From positions 124,001 to 188,000 of the IMG/VR virus record IMGVR_UViG_3300024054_000362: 64,000 nucleotides of DNA. One strand, written 5' to 3'. Position 1 is the stretch's first letter, and every line of letters starts with the position of its first letter. The notes under the pieces are model-generated. The model did no database searches. It worked only from the letters and a program-made list of their open reading frames with translations, and had not been told where the DNA came from. Of this stretch, positions 47,419-55,598 are shown piece by piece. The translations under genes were made by a program, and so were the position numbers.

Positions 47419-48626
47419 ACCCTATCAAGCTGTCCATCTGCATCAGTTCGCTCAACAGTCGGCACGCAACGTTGCACCGTCTCGTACGGCAGCTCCAGAC
47501 ACAACCACGTAGCGACGAGATCGAGATCCTGATCGCTGCCGACGAGCGACGACATCCCACCGGTGCCAAGCGCAATCGGTTGGTGGCTTCTGCCGTTGGT
47601 GCCTACGTCGTTCACATCGACGACGATGACATGGTTGCGGTCGACTACGTCCCCAAGGTACTTGCTGCGATCGATGCGAATCGTGGCGTCGACGTCATCC
47701 TGCTTCGCGGTCGCCGTACGCATGTGGGTGGAGCTGCAGTCGTGTTCGACTATCGGCTCGGCGGTGAAGAAGGCGAAGTCGACAAGAACGGCGTCCTCTG
47801 GCGCAACCCGGCCCATTTGTGTCCCATCCGTGCGGACATCGCCAAGTCGGTTCCGTTTGAGGAGATCTGGTTCGCTGAAGATGTTCGTTGGCTCGAACAG
47901 GTCAAGCCTCTTCTCAAGACCGCTGCGCGCGCAGGCACACCTAACGAAGTGCTCTACAACTACCTATGGGAACCTAACAAGGACGTCTATATCTCCATGG
48001 TCACCGATCCGAAAGCCCCCAAGCCCGTCATGAAGATCGGCGGCGTCGTCATCGCAAACCCGGCAGCGACCGTCGACGTTTCCGATCACGAGTGCATCTT
48101 CGCGCCACAGTACGTCGAGCGATCAGGACCCGGCTCGACGGTCGAATTCAGTGCGCCGTACCGCGAGTTTCTGCGCAACTTCATCCGCGATCTGAAGATC
48201 CGTTCGATCGTCGATCTCGGCTGCGGTGACATGACCATCATGTCGAACGTCGACATGAACGACGCGCAATACCTAGGACTCGACGTCATTCCCGAACGCA
48301 TCAAGCGCAACCGCGTGAAGTGTCCGCAGCTGGCTTTCGAGCATCGCGACATTCACAAGGGGCCGTTCCCGGCTGCGGACCTCTTCATTTGCAAGGATGT
48401 CGTCCAACACTGGTCGAACGAGGACATCCAAGGCTGGCTCGTCGATCTGCGAAGGGCACACTTTCGCTTCGCGCTCGTTACAAACTGCAACTACGGGCCG
48501 ACGGTCAACACCAAGATCGCGACCGGCGGCTGGCGTGCAATCGACTTGACCAAATCGCCGTTCTCCGTCGGCGAAGTCGTCTTCACCTGGGGCAACAAGG
48601 ATGTCGTCCTACTGCGAGGCATGTGA
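47415..48626 (+). CDS. GT2 glycosyltransferase fused to a class I SAM methyltransferase
   Basis: GAKRNRL...VHIDDDD; SGPGS...IVDLGCGD...KDVVQHW. Confidence 0.85.
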   Translation: MNPIKLSICISSLNSRHATLHRLVRQLQTQPRSDEIEILIAADERRHPTGAKRNRLVASAVGAYVVHIDDDDMVAVDYVPKVLAAIDANRGVDVILLRGRRTHVGGAAVVFDYRLGGEEGEVDKNGVLWRNPAHLCPIRADIAKSVPFEEIWFAEDVRWLEQVKPLLKTAARAGTPNEVLYNYLWEPNKDVYISMVTDPKAPKPVMKIGGVVIANPAATVDVSDHECIFAPQYVERSGPGSTVEFSAPYREFLRNFIRDLKIRSIVDLGCGDMTIMSNVDMNDAQYLGLDVIPERIKRNRVKCPQLAFEHRDIHKGPFPAADLFICKDVVQHWSNEDIQGWLVDLRRAHFRFALVTNCNYGPTVNTKIATGGWRAIDLTKSPFSVGEVVFTWGNKDVVLLRGM

Positions 48627-49174
48627 TGCATCTCCACGAAATTCTCACTGCCGAGTTCAACCGTTTCGGCAACGCACCGCTCAACATCATCGAGACCGGT
48701 ACGATTCGCGGCGACAGTGAGGCGTCTCGCCTCGGTGACGGCTGGTCGACGCTCTGGTTCGCAGAGCGTCGTGCGCGATGCGGCGGTGAGCTGCTCTCGA
48801 TCGACCTGGACGTGTCGACGGCGGCAACGGTGCTCGCCGAGCACGGCGTCGCGGATGGCGTCGAACTGGAACAAGGCCACAGCATCGATCGTCTGGCGTT
48901 CCGTTGCCGTCGAGGTCGACGATGGGACGTCATCCTTCTCGACAGCGACAACGACGCACAGCTCATCCTGCACGAGTTTCTGATCGCGCAGCACCTCGTC
49001 ACCGATGGCGGTCTCGTCATGATCGATGACGTCCGTATGCCGAACCAACCGATCGGCGCCCTCAAGGGCGATCAGGTATGGCCCTACATCAAGAAGCGCG
49101 GTCTCGCGCATCACATCGTAGAGCGTGAAGGCTGGAACGGTTATCGCACGGGCGTACTCACCGTCCAGCTGTGA
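48626..49174 (+). CDS. class I SAM-dependent methyltransferase (Methyltransf_24-like)
   Basis: IIETGT...WST...SIDLD...ILLDS...GGLVMIDD. Confidence 0.8.
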   Translation: MHLHEILTAEFNRFGNAPLNIIETGTIRGDSEASRLGDGWSTLWFAERRARCGGELLSIDLDVSTAATVLAEHGVADGVELEQGHSIDRLAFRCRRGRRWDVILLDSDNDAQLILHEFLIAQHLVTDGGLVMIDDVRMPNQPIGALKGDQVWPYIKKRGLAHHIVEREGWNGYRTGVLTVQL

Positions 49175-49570
49175 CTACTGGCCGGGGTTGTACGTGTCCG
49201 CGTCGCCGGGTCCCACGATCGAGTGTGGATCCCAGAAGAGCACGTTCGGTGTCACTGTCACCGGTGGCGAGCTGGTGTTGGTGAACGTGACCTTTACGGT
49301 GTTGGTCGCTGGGTCGACGAACGGCTCGCCGTGGGTGATGCCTGTCCAGTCCGATAGCGGCGCCATCGGGATCACCTGGATACGCGACGCCGGAAGGGTA
49401 CCGTCGGCAGGTCCCGGTGGTGCCACTGTCACACCGAGAGGCGGTTCGCCGATCGACTCGCTCTCGAACGACCTGTTGACCTGGGTGAGACCGGTGTCGA
49501 TGGTCGTCACGCCGCCCGCCAGCGTCATGCGCTGACGATTCCAGAGAAGCTGTCCTGCCTTCTTGCTCAT
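49175..49570 (-). CDS. putative virion protein, paralog of 44858-45250
   Basis: Direct alignment with the paralog; AGGAG RBS. Confidence 0.75.
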   Translation of the reverse strand: MSKKAGQLLWNRQRMTLAGGVTTIDTGLTQVNRSFESESIGEPPLGVTVAPPGPADGTLPASRIQVIPMAPLSDWTGITHGEPFVDPATNTVKVTFTNTSSPPVTVTPNVLFWDPHSIVGPGDADTYNPGQ

Positions 49571-49623
49571 GGTTTCTCCTGTGCCGTAGCCGGATCCCGC
49601 AAAATGCGGGACGAGGTTCCATG

Positions 49624-49650
49624 AAGCTACACCCGATCGCGCGAGCGATC
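49624..49650 (-). promoter_or_regulatory. putative late promoter, palindrome 49635-49650 + GGGTG + TAGCTT; 5' UTR hairpin at 49595-49611
   Basis: Seen directly in the sequence. Confidence 0.65.
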
Positions 49651-50332
49651 AACGCCGCCTACGATAACGTCGACCTACGCCCGCGCTGCCGTGCCGCTTG
49701 GCGCGCCAACGGGACACGCCATACACGATTCCGGCACCGAGCCCAGCAAGCACAACGGCCGCGCCGGCTCCGACGAGGATCGGATGGTCGAGGGCGAACT
49801 GGGCCGCCGGATGCTTGTTGAGGAAGATCGCTGTGTCGAGGACAGGAATCAGCTTATCGACGCCGGAGCCCGTCGAAGTAGCTGGCGCAGAACCGTCAGC
49901 GGGTACGGGTGCCTTGGCAGCTTCTTGCGCCTTCAAGGTCTGAAGGCGTTCGATCACCTGTGGAAGTGCAGGGTCCTGTGCGATCTGAAGAATCGTGTCG
50001 AGGTGCGGTCCGGCTTGCGTGAGGATCTGTTGGAGCTTCGCAAGCAGCTCGGGAGCCTGCTGCACGATGGCGGCGATGTCGCTGGTGATGTCGCCAAGGC
50101 CGTTCGACATGAAAGGCAGCCGCGCAAGGCGGGACTGCAAATCGAAATCGTCATCGGTCGACCACACCGTCGGCCAGTTCTTGGGCTGACCTGGGATCGC
50201 GCCGACGCCGGCAAGGCCGGGGGGTTGCGGGATGAAATGGAAGACGCGACCAGCGCGTGCGATCGCGTCTTCTTGCGCATCGGTCGAGAGCACTCGCACG
50301 GAGCCGCCAAGCTGATGTTGAAGTGCGAGCAC
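49649..50332 (-). CDS. putative virion membrane protein (internal NGLG, C-terminal TM, GVG-RRYRRRR tail)
   Basis: LVGAGAAVVLAGLGAGIVYGV hydrophobic helix. Confidence 0.7.
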   Translation of the reverse strand: MLALQHQLGGSVRVLSTDAQEDAIARAGRVFHFIPQPPGLAGVGAIPGQPKNWPTVWSTDDDFDLQSRLARLPFMSNGLGDITSDIAAIVQQAPELLAKLQQILTQAGPHLDTILQIAQDPALPQVIERLQTLKAQEAAKAPVPADGSAPATSTGSGVDKLIPVLDTAIFLNKHPAAQFALDHPILVGAGAAVVLAGLGAGIVYGVSRWRAKRHGSAGVGRRYRRRR

Positions 50333-50338
50333 GGTCCA

Positions 50339-50365
50339 AGCCTATCATCGATCGCGCGAGCGATC
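50339..50365 (-). promoter_or_regulatory. putative late promoter, palindrome 50350-50365 + GATGA + TAGGCT
   Basis: GTG start 6 nt after the -10 box. Confidence 0.7.
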
Positions 50366-50418
50366 ACGACTCAGCCTTTGTGCTTCCCCATCGCGGATCC
50401 CGTAGTAGGGTCGCCGAC

Positions 50419-51000
50419 ATGACGATCGAATCTCTCATCGTTGCGATCCTTGCCATCACGGGCACAGCAGCGCCGCACACGTCCAAGAATGCGCGCGTGC
50501 ACGCAGAGAGCGCACAGGCAGTCGCCACCGTCGATTTCCCGGTCGAAGTTCTCCTCGGTACGGCCTACGTCGAATCGCGCTTCTATCAGACGGCGCTGAG
50601 TCGGTTGGAGGATTGTACGGATCCGAAGGATCCTAAAACCTGCATTCGAAAGACCGGCGTGTGGGCCAGCCATGTACCGCCGCCGACGGCGCGACCGGAC
50701 TGGTACTGTGGGCCGCTACAGACGGGCGGCTGGGTCACGTGGGCCGAGTGTCAGCGGATGCGGACGGACGTGCTGTACGGTTACCAGCAGGGCGTGCGCG
50801 AGCTGACGAAGTGGTGGAACGATCCGAGCTGTTCGCGACTACCGGATGACGATCGGCTGCGTTGTACGCTTGCCGGACACAACGCCGGGTATGCAGGTGC
50901 GGCGAACTACAAGGTCTCGCCGTACGTTCGTGACGTGTTCAAGGCGCGCGATCGGATCGTGAAGATCACCGAGCACGAAGAGTTGAAGCCGGGTAGCTAG
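50419..51000 (+). CDS. lytic transglycosylase (SLT-like) with N-terminal hydrophobic signal
   Basis: AYVESRF (catalytic Glu), GPLQ, AGHNAG, YVRDV. Confidence 0.7.
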   Translation: MTIESLIVAILAITGTAAPHTSKNARVHAESAQAVATVDFPVEVLLGTAYVESRFYQTALSRLEDCTDPKDPKTCIRKTGVWASHVPPPTARPDWYCGPLQTGGWVTWAECQRMRTDVLYGYQQGVRELTKWWNDPSCSRLPDDDRLRCTLAGHNAGYAGAANYKVSPYVRDVFKARDRIVKITEHEELKPGS

Positions 51001-51326
51001 CGGCGCTTCTTGCGGCGGCTCTTGCGCTTGCGCGAGCGGCCGAGATTCGTGGGACAGAGACTGCCGTGGTAGAGCAGCGTGCCGGCAGGGTATCCACGGT
51101 TTTGCCGAGTCTGATTCCGCTCGGTGTACCAGTCGACGACCTTACGGTTCGTCGAGGACGAACACGGCACGTAGCATTGGATGTCGCCGCGCTGGCTCGG
51201 CTTCCCCGACGCCATCGCGACGTCGACGCACTCGCGCGTACTGAGGCCGTGGCGCTGCGCGGCGCGGCGCGCGCTTTTCATTGGGCCCTTGACGATCAAC
51301 GAGACGCTGTTCGCACGTGTCGCCAC
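50997..51326 (-). CDS. Cys-containing basic protein with LG-Arg tail, paralog of the C-terminal half of 53831-54346
   Basis: VSLIVKGPMKS...CV...DIQCYVPC...W...GTLLYHG. Confidence 0.7.
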   Translation of the reverse strand: MATRANSVSLIVKGPMKSARRAAQRHGLSTRECVDVAMASGKPSQRGDIQCYVPCSSSTNRKVVDWYTERNQTRQNRGYPAGTLLYHGSLCPTNLGRSRKRKSRRKKRR

Positions 51327-51328
51327 GG

Positions 51329-51766
51329 TTAGCGTCCTGCGGTGCGGTTCTTGGTGCGGCCCGCGTAGCGGTAGAGCGCGACGCCGAACACTGCGAGCGC
51401 ACCACCGACGGCGAGCGCGCCACCGGCGACGAGCATGTTCGAAACCGTCGGGCTCTGGTTCGCGAGGAACGAGTCGATGCCGCCGAACTGACGTCGGTAG
51501 GGGATCACGGTCTGGCCTCCGTTGATGGACGTGAAGTAGCTGGGGTCGCAGTAGTCGCAGACAGGTCCGCGTGCGGGGTAGCGGCGGCGGTACATCTGCG
51601 GCGTGCCGCCGGGGCCGTAGACCGGTGTCGCGACGCGGGTCGGTCCGACGATGGCCTGATGTGGCGCGAGCGGCTGACCAGCCGATGGAAAAGACACCGT
51701 GGGCTCGTCGCGCAGCCCTGCGAGCTGCGCGTCACTGAGACCTTCCAAGGTGAATACGTGGGGCAC
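51329..51766 (-). CDS. Pro/Tyr-rich protein with C-terminal TM anchor
   Basis: MLVAGGALAVGGALAVFGVALYRY + basic tail; AAGGAG RBS. Confidence 0.65.
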   Translation of the reverse strand: MPHVFTLEGLSDAQLAGLRDEPTVSFPSAGQPLAPHQAIVGPTRVATPVYGPGGTPQMYRRRYPARGPVCDYCDPSYFTSINGGQTVIPYRRQFGGIDSFLANQSPTVSNMLVAGGALAVGGALAVFGVALYRYAGRTKNRTAGR

Positions 51767-51787
51767 TGGGTCAGCTCCTTGCTCTAC

Positions 51788-51813
51788 AACCTACCACGAT
51801 CGCGTGCGCGATC
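51788..51813 (-). promoter_or_regulatory. putative late promoter, palindrome 51798-51813 + GTGG + TAGGTT
   Basis: Seen directly in the sequence. Confidence 0.7.
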
Positions 51814-51814
51814 G

Positions 51815-52348
51815 TTACTTACGTCGCCGCCCCCGTAGTGGCATGTCGGGCGGGAAATCGAACTTGCCGGTCGCGGCCCACGTGCCACAGGCGGCGTTTG
51901 CCTTGGCGACCGCATCCATGGGCGAGTCGACGTCGACGCGCACACCGGGCTGCTTGTCCGTGGTGCAGAAGCGCAAGAACGGTTGGCCCTTGTCGAATGC
52001 AAGTTGAACTGGGCAACCCTTGCGCTTGAGCGCACCTGCGCACGGCTTGGGACAGGGGCGTGGCTTTATCTTGCCCTTGTGCTTGCCCTTCTTGACTTCG
52101 TACTGGCCACACGACTTCCCGTCGACGGAATCGACGCTCTTGCTCGTCGAACGGAAGCTGCGGTTGAGGTCGAACTGCGTGACGGCAACGCGGCTCTCGC
52201 CAACGATCGTACACGCATTGGCGTCGACCTGTCCCGTTCGACCTGACTTGGCGCCGACAACGACACGAAGACAAGGCACGCTTGACGTGTCTGGCTTTGG
52301 CTTCTTGATCTTCTTGGGCTTGGTCGTGGTCGTTTGGGATTTCGCCAT
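51815..52348 (-). CDS. Lys/Cys-rich basic protein with RG-RRRK tail
   Basis: Composition; operon packing. Confidence 0.65.
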   Translation of the reverse strand: MAKSQTTTTKPKKIKKPKPDTSSVPCLRVVVGAKSGRTGQVDANACTIVGESRVAVTQFDLNRSFRSTSKSVDSVDGKSCGQYEVKKGKHKGKIKPRPCPKPCAGALKRKGCPVQLAFDKGQPFLRFCTTDKQPGVRVDVDSPMDAVAKANAACGTWAATGKFDFPPDMPLRGRRRK

Positions 52349-52356
52349 GGCGATCC

Positions 52357-53730
52357 TCAGTGAAGAGAGTAGTTGACGATCTCACCGGGAGCGATCCAAC
52401 AAGCGCGACAGCCCTTGCCGTCCGGTCCGCCGAGACCTGGCGGTGCTACGGCTTTGCGACACGTGTGCTTCGCGTCTTCGGTCGCATACGCTTGGCAGTT
52501 CCACGTGTAGCGAGGATCGGGACCCGTCATCTTCGGCTCGAAGCGTTGGGCATGTTGATAGACGTACTGCTCGCGCTCCGGCGTCATGCCGCGGTTCTGT
52601 TCGACTTGCAGTACGACCGTCGCGCCCGCCCAGCCAGGACCGAGATGCTGTCCGACGGGGTCGTAGCCTTCGATGCGACGATTCCAGCCGGGACCGGGTT
52701 CGTTCACTTCGTACGCGCTCGGTCGGATGATGAAGTTGCGCGGATCGCGGTTGATGTCATTGACCGCGTCGGTACCCCATTCGGTCGCCCAGATGCGCGA
52801 CGGCGCCCAGAACGTGATGTCAGGAAGGCGATCTGCGATCATCTTCCACTGCTGCAGGTATTCAGGTTCGAAGAAGTCGCCCGAGTCGTGGATCCGAAAG
52901 AAGCGCCGACCGGTCGGTTCAGATGGCAGCGCTTGCGTCTTCTCGACGACCTTCTCTTCACCGGTCTCGGTGTTGACGATCTTCACCTCTTCCTTCACCG
53001 TGCCGCCGTTCAGCTTGTAGTCCGCGTTGTTGATCGCGTAGACCATTGTCTCGACGAACGCGGTCGACGGTCCGTACGGGCCTTGAACATTGAACTTGAT
53101 CGCTTGCCGCGCCCACAGGAACCGAAGGATCTGCGCGAACTGCACTTGGCCCGTCGAGTACTGTCCACCCTGCGCGTAACAGAACTGGCAGATGGCCTGC
53201 GCCAGGTTGACAGGCGCGTTGTACGGTCGACCGAGACCGTAGTTGACGTACTTCGCTGCTTTGCGCAGTGCATCTGCGGGAACGAGGCTTTGTCCAGCGA
53301 CCGCACCAGGGCACGCGCCACCGACTTGCGGCGGTCCTGCAGGGATGCTCCACGACGGCGTGTTCATCTTCGACGTCCATGACAGAAGTTGGTACTGCTG
53401 GACGTTGGGGTTGGTTGCAGGATTCCACGCCGGGCCAGGCCCGATCGGCTGATCGAGCACGACGTAGACGTTGCTCGGATCCTTGCCGTGCACGTTGCCG
53501 GGACGGACGACAAACTGCTTGGTCTCCAGACTACGGATGACGGCGTCACGTACGAACATCATGCCGAGCAGCCCAGCATGCGCATCCGCGAGAACAGCAC
53601 TGGGCGCAGGACAGGCCGGATGATCCTCACCGAGGTACGCGCCGTTCATCGACCCGACGCACATATCGTACGCACGTTCGATGGCGGTGACGTCTTCGGT
53701 GACTTCGAGGTGCGGAATGATGGCTGCCAT
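52357..53730 (-). CDS. GP88-like (radical-SAM-related) phage protein
   Basis: SWSIPAG...ACPG...ICQFCYA...FFRIHDSGDFF...FWAPSR...CRKAVA...CRACW. Confidence 0.7.
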   Translation of the reverse strand: MAAIIPHLEVTEDVTAIERAYDMCVGSMNGAYLGEDHPACPAPSAVLADAHAGLLGMMFVRDAVIRSLETKQFVVRPGNVHGKDPSNVYVVLDQPIGPGPAWNPATNPNVQQYQLLSWTSKMNTPSWSIPAGPPQVGGACPGAVAGQSLVPADALRKAAKYVNYGLGRPYNAPVNLAQAICQFCYAQGGQYSTGQVQFAQILRFLWARQAIKFNVQGPYGPSTAFVETMVYAINNADYKLNGGTVKEEVKIVNTETGEEKVVEKTQALPSEPTGRRFFRIHDSGDFFEPEYLQQWKMIADRLPDITFWAPSRIWATEWGTDAVNDINRDPRNFIIRPSAYEVNEPGPGWNRRIEGYDPVGQHLGPGWAGATVVLQVEQNRGMTPEREQYVYQHAQRFEPKMTGPDPRYTWNCQAYATEDAKHTCRKAVAPPGLGGPDGKGCRACWIAPGEIVNYSLH

Positions 53731-53735
53731 GGTGT

Positions 53736-53828
53736 TTACTCGGTGATGCGGTAGCGGTCGCGACCCCGACGATCGAACAAGTTCCCCGAGTTGGGGCGTA
53801 CGCCTTCGCGAAGATTTGGTGCACGCAT
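53736..53828 (-). CDS. 30-aa micro-ORF
   Basis: MRAPNLREGVRPNSGNLFDRRGRDRYRITE fills the gap between two genes almost exactly. Confidence 0.4.
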   Translation of the reverse strand: MRAPNLREGVRPNSGNLFDRRGRDRYRITE

Positions 53829-53830
53829 CT

Positions 53831-54346
53831 TCAGCGCCTCCGCTTGCGACGACGACGTGTGCCGTCGAGCGCGCTCAGGCACGAACCTCCGACGTACAGC
53901 AGCGAGCCGGGCGAACTCCAGGTCCGCTGCGTCGAACGGTTGGGACGGCTCGCCCTGAACCACTTGTCGAGGCGATCACGCGTCGATGGTGTGCAGGCGG
54001 TGAAGCACTGCACGTCCTTGCCGTGGGTCACGCACGACGACATCGGGATGCCGTAGCGCGCCGCCTCACGCTGGACGCTCTTCTTGGGGCCCTTCGCGAT
54101 CAGCGAGACGTGCTCGCGGCGCTTCGCGGTGCCGAGGCCGCGCGAGCCGCGCCCACCCTTGACTTTGACGGACACGACGTTGCGATCGTCGGCAATGCCG
54201 GGCGTACCGTGCTTGCCACCCATGTTGAGCACCCAGCCACCATGCGATGAACGCATGACGGCGGTGCCCGTGCGCTGTTGGCCTTGTGGCGTGACGATCG
54301 TAACGCGATCACCGGGCTTGATGACCTTGATCAGTGGATTCGCCAT
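53831..54346 (-). CDS. two-domain putative polyprotein joined at RGLG, with poly-Arg tail
   Basis: Halves match 8034-8246 and 50997-51326. Confidence 0.75.
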   Translation of the reverse strand: MANPLIKVIKPGDRVTIVTPQGQQRTGTAVMRSSHGGWVLNMGGKHGTPGIADDRNVVSVKVKGGRGSRGLGTAKRREHVSLIAKGPKKSVQREAARYGIPMSSCVTHGKDVQCFTACTPSTRDRLDKWFRASRPNRSTQRTWSSPGSLLYVGGSCLSALDGTRRRRKRRR

Positions 54347-54348
54347 GG

Positions 54349-54753
54349 CTAGCGCCTCGCTTTCCGACGGCGTCGACGGCCGAGACCGTTGTTGCGATTG
54401 ACGAGACAGTTCTCCGCGAACTCGCCCGCCGCTTTGCGGATCAGGCCTGCGTGCGACGGCGCGCTCGCACGACCGCCCGCGCTCTGGTGTGCGAGGTACT
54501 GACCGTAGTGCGTCATCATCTCGGCGTAGTCAGCCCACGCCGCACCGCACTTGCCGTTGCGCGACTTGTTGGTGACCATCGCGATCGAGTATCCGATGTC
54601 GTCGGACGCCTCGGTCATCTTCTTGGTGTGGATCGCCTCGGAGCTGCCAAGCCCGCGACGTGAACGCTTACGGCGTTGTGCATGGCCCTTCATACGACGC
54701 TCGTGCGCTTTGCGTTTGTGGAACGCGCGAGAACGCGTCTTCTTGTTCGCCAT
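54349..54753 (-). CDS. basic protein: Arg-rich leader-GLG-core-GLG-poly-Arg
   Basis: RRGLGSSE and NNGLGRRRRRKARR. Confidence 0.7.
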   Translation of the reverse strand: MANKKTRSRAFHKRKAHERRMKGHAQRRKRSRRGLGSSEAIHTKKMTEASDDIGYSIAMVTNKSRNGKCGAAWADYAEMMTHYGQYLAHQSAGGRASAPSHAGLIRKAAGEFAENCLVNRNNGLGRRRRRKARR

Positions 54754-54755
54754 GA

Positions 54756-55034
54756 CTAGCGCTTCGCCTTCCGGCGACGACGGCGACGACCGACGCCGCC
54801 GCCGACGTTGTAGCACTCGTTGCGGTTGCACTCGGCGATCGTCCGTTGCATGCCAGGCAGCCCTTCCTCGACGCGACAGACCGCGTTCGGGAACTGGCGC
54901 GAGCACGCGTGGCCGGCATCCATCGCTGCGCTGTATGACTTGTGGAGGCTGCGTCGATAGCCCGAAGGGCCGCTGACGACAAATCGTCCCGACGACGAGC
55001 CGAGTGACTTCCTACGACGACGTTTCTTCGCCAT
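54756..55034 (-). CDS. basic protein: Arg leader-LG-core-GVG-poly-Arg
   Basis: MAKKRRRRKSLG...GGVGRRRRRRKAKR. Confidence 0.7.
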   Translation of the reverse strand: MAKKRRRRKSLGSSSGRFVVSGPSGYRRSLHKSYSAAMDAGHACSRQFPNAVCRVEEGLPGMQRTIAECNRNECYNVGGGVGRRRRRRKAKR

Positions 55035-55036
55035 GG

Positions 55037-55276
55037 CTAGCGGCTCCTCTTCTTCTTCTTGCTCTTGCCCTTCTTGCGACGACGGCGCCCGAAGTTGACG
55101 GGGCACGCGCGCTCGTGGATGCGTGTGTCGACGTCGCCGACGTTGAGTCGGCGACGGCCGCCCGGGAGGATGACCGTGTGACGAGCGTCGACCTTGCGAC
55201 GCGTCGCCGTGATCGTCTCGGCGTCGAACGCGAAGCAGGCGCCGATCGGAAGCTGTCGGAACGTACGCGCTGGCAT
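55037..55276 (-). CDS. small protein with FG-poly-basic tail
   Basis: TGATG overlap; VNFGRRRRKKGKSKKKKRSR. Confidence 0.7.
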   Translation of the reverse strand: MPARTFRQLPIGACFAFDAETITATRRKVDARHTVILPGGRRRLNVGDVDTRIHERACPVNFGRRRRKKGKSKKKKRSR

Positions 55277-55539
55277 CAACGTCTCCTCTTTCGCGTGCGT
55301 CGACTGCGTCCGGCGATTTGGAGTAAACACACCGGACGAAGGCCGAAGGTCCGCTGGTACTTCTGCCGTAACTTGTCCTCCATCTTGATGCGTGCGTCGG
55401 TGCAGTCGGTCGCGGCCACGTCGACATAGACGTGTTCGGTCCCGACCGTCTTGACCTTGAGGCCTGCGCGACGAATCTTGCGACTCATCTCGACCACGGT
55501 GACGGGACCCGTGTGGACCTTCATTCGGAAGATCGGCAT
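55276..55539 (-). CDS. small protein with AG-poly-Arg tail
   Basis: MPIFRMKVH...QIAGRSRRTRKRRR. Confidence 0.7.
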   Translation of the reverse strand: MPIFRMKVHTGPVTVVEMSRKIRRAGLKVKTVGTEHVYVDVAATDCTDARIKMEDKLRQKYQRTFGLRPVCLLQIAGRSRRTRKRRR

Positions 55540-55598
55540 CAGCGACGCCTCCTGCGCGCACGCTTGCGTTTGCCGAGTCTGTAGGTAACGCCTACGGA

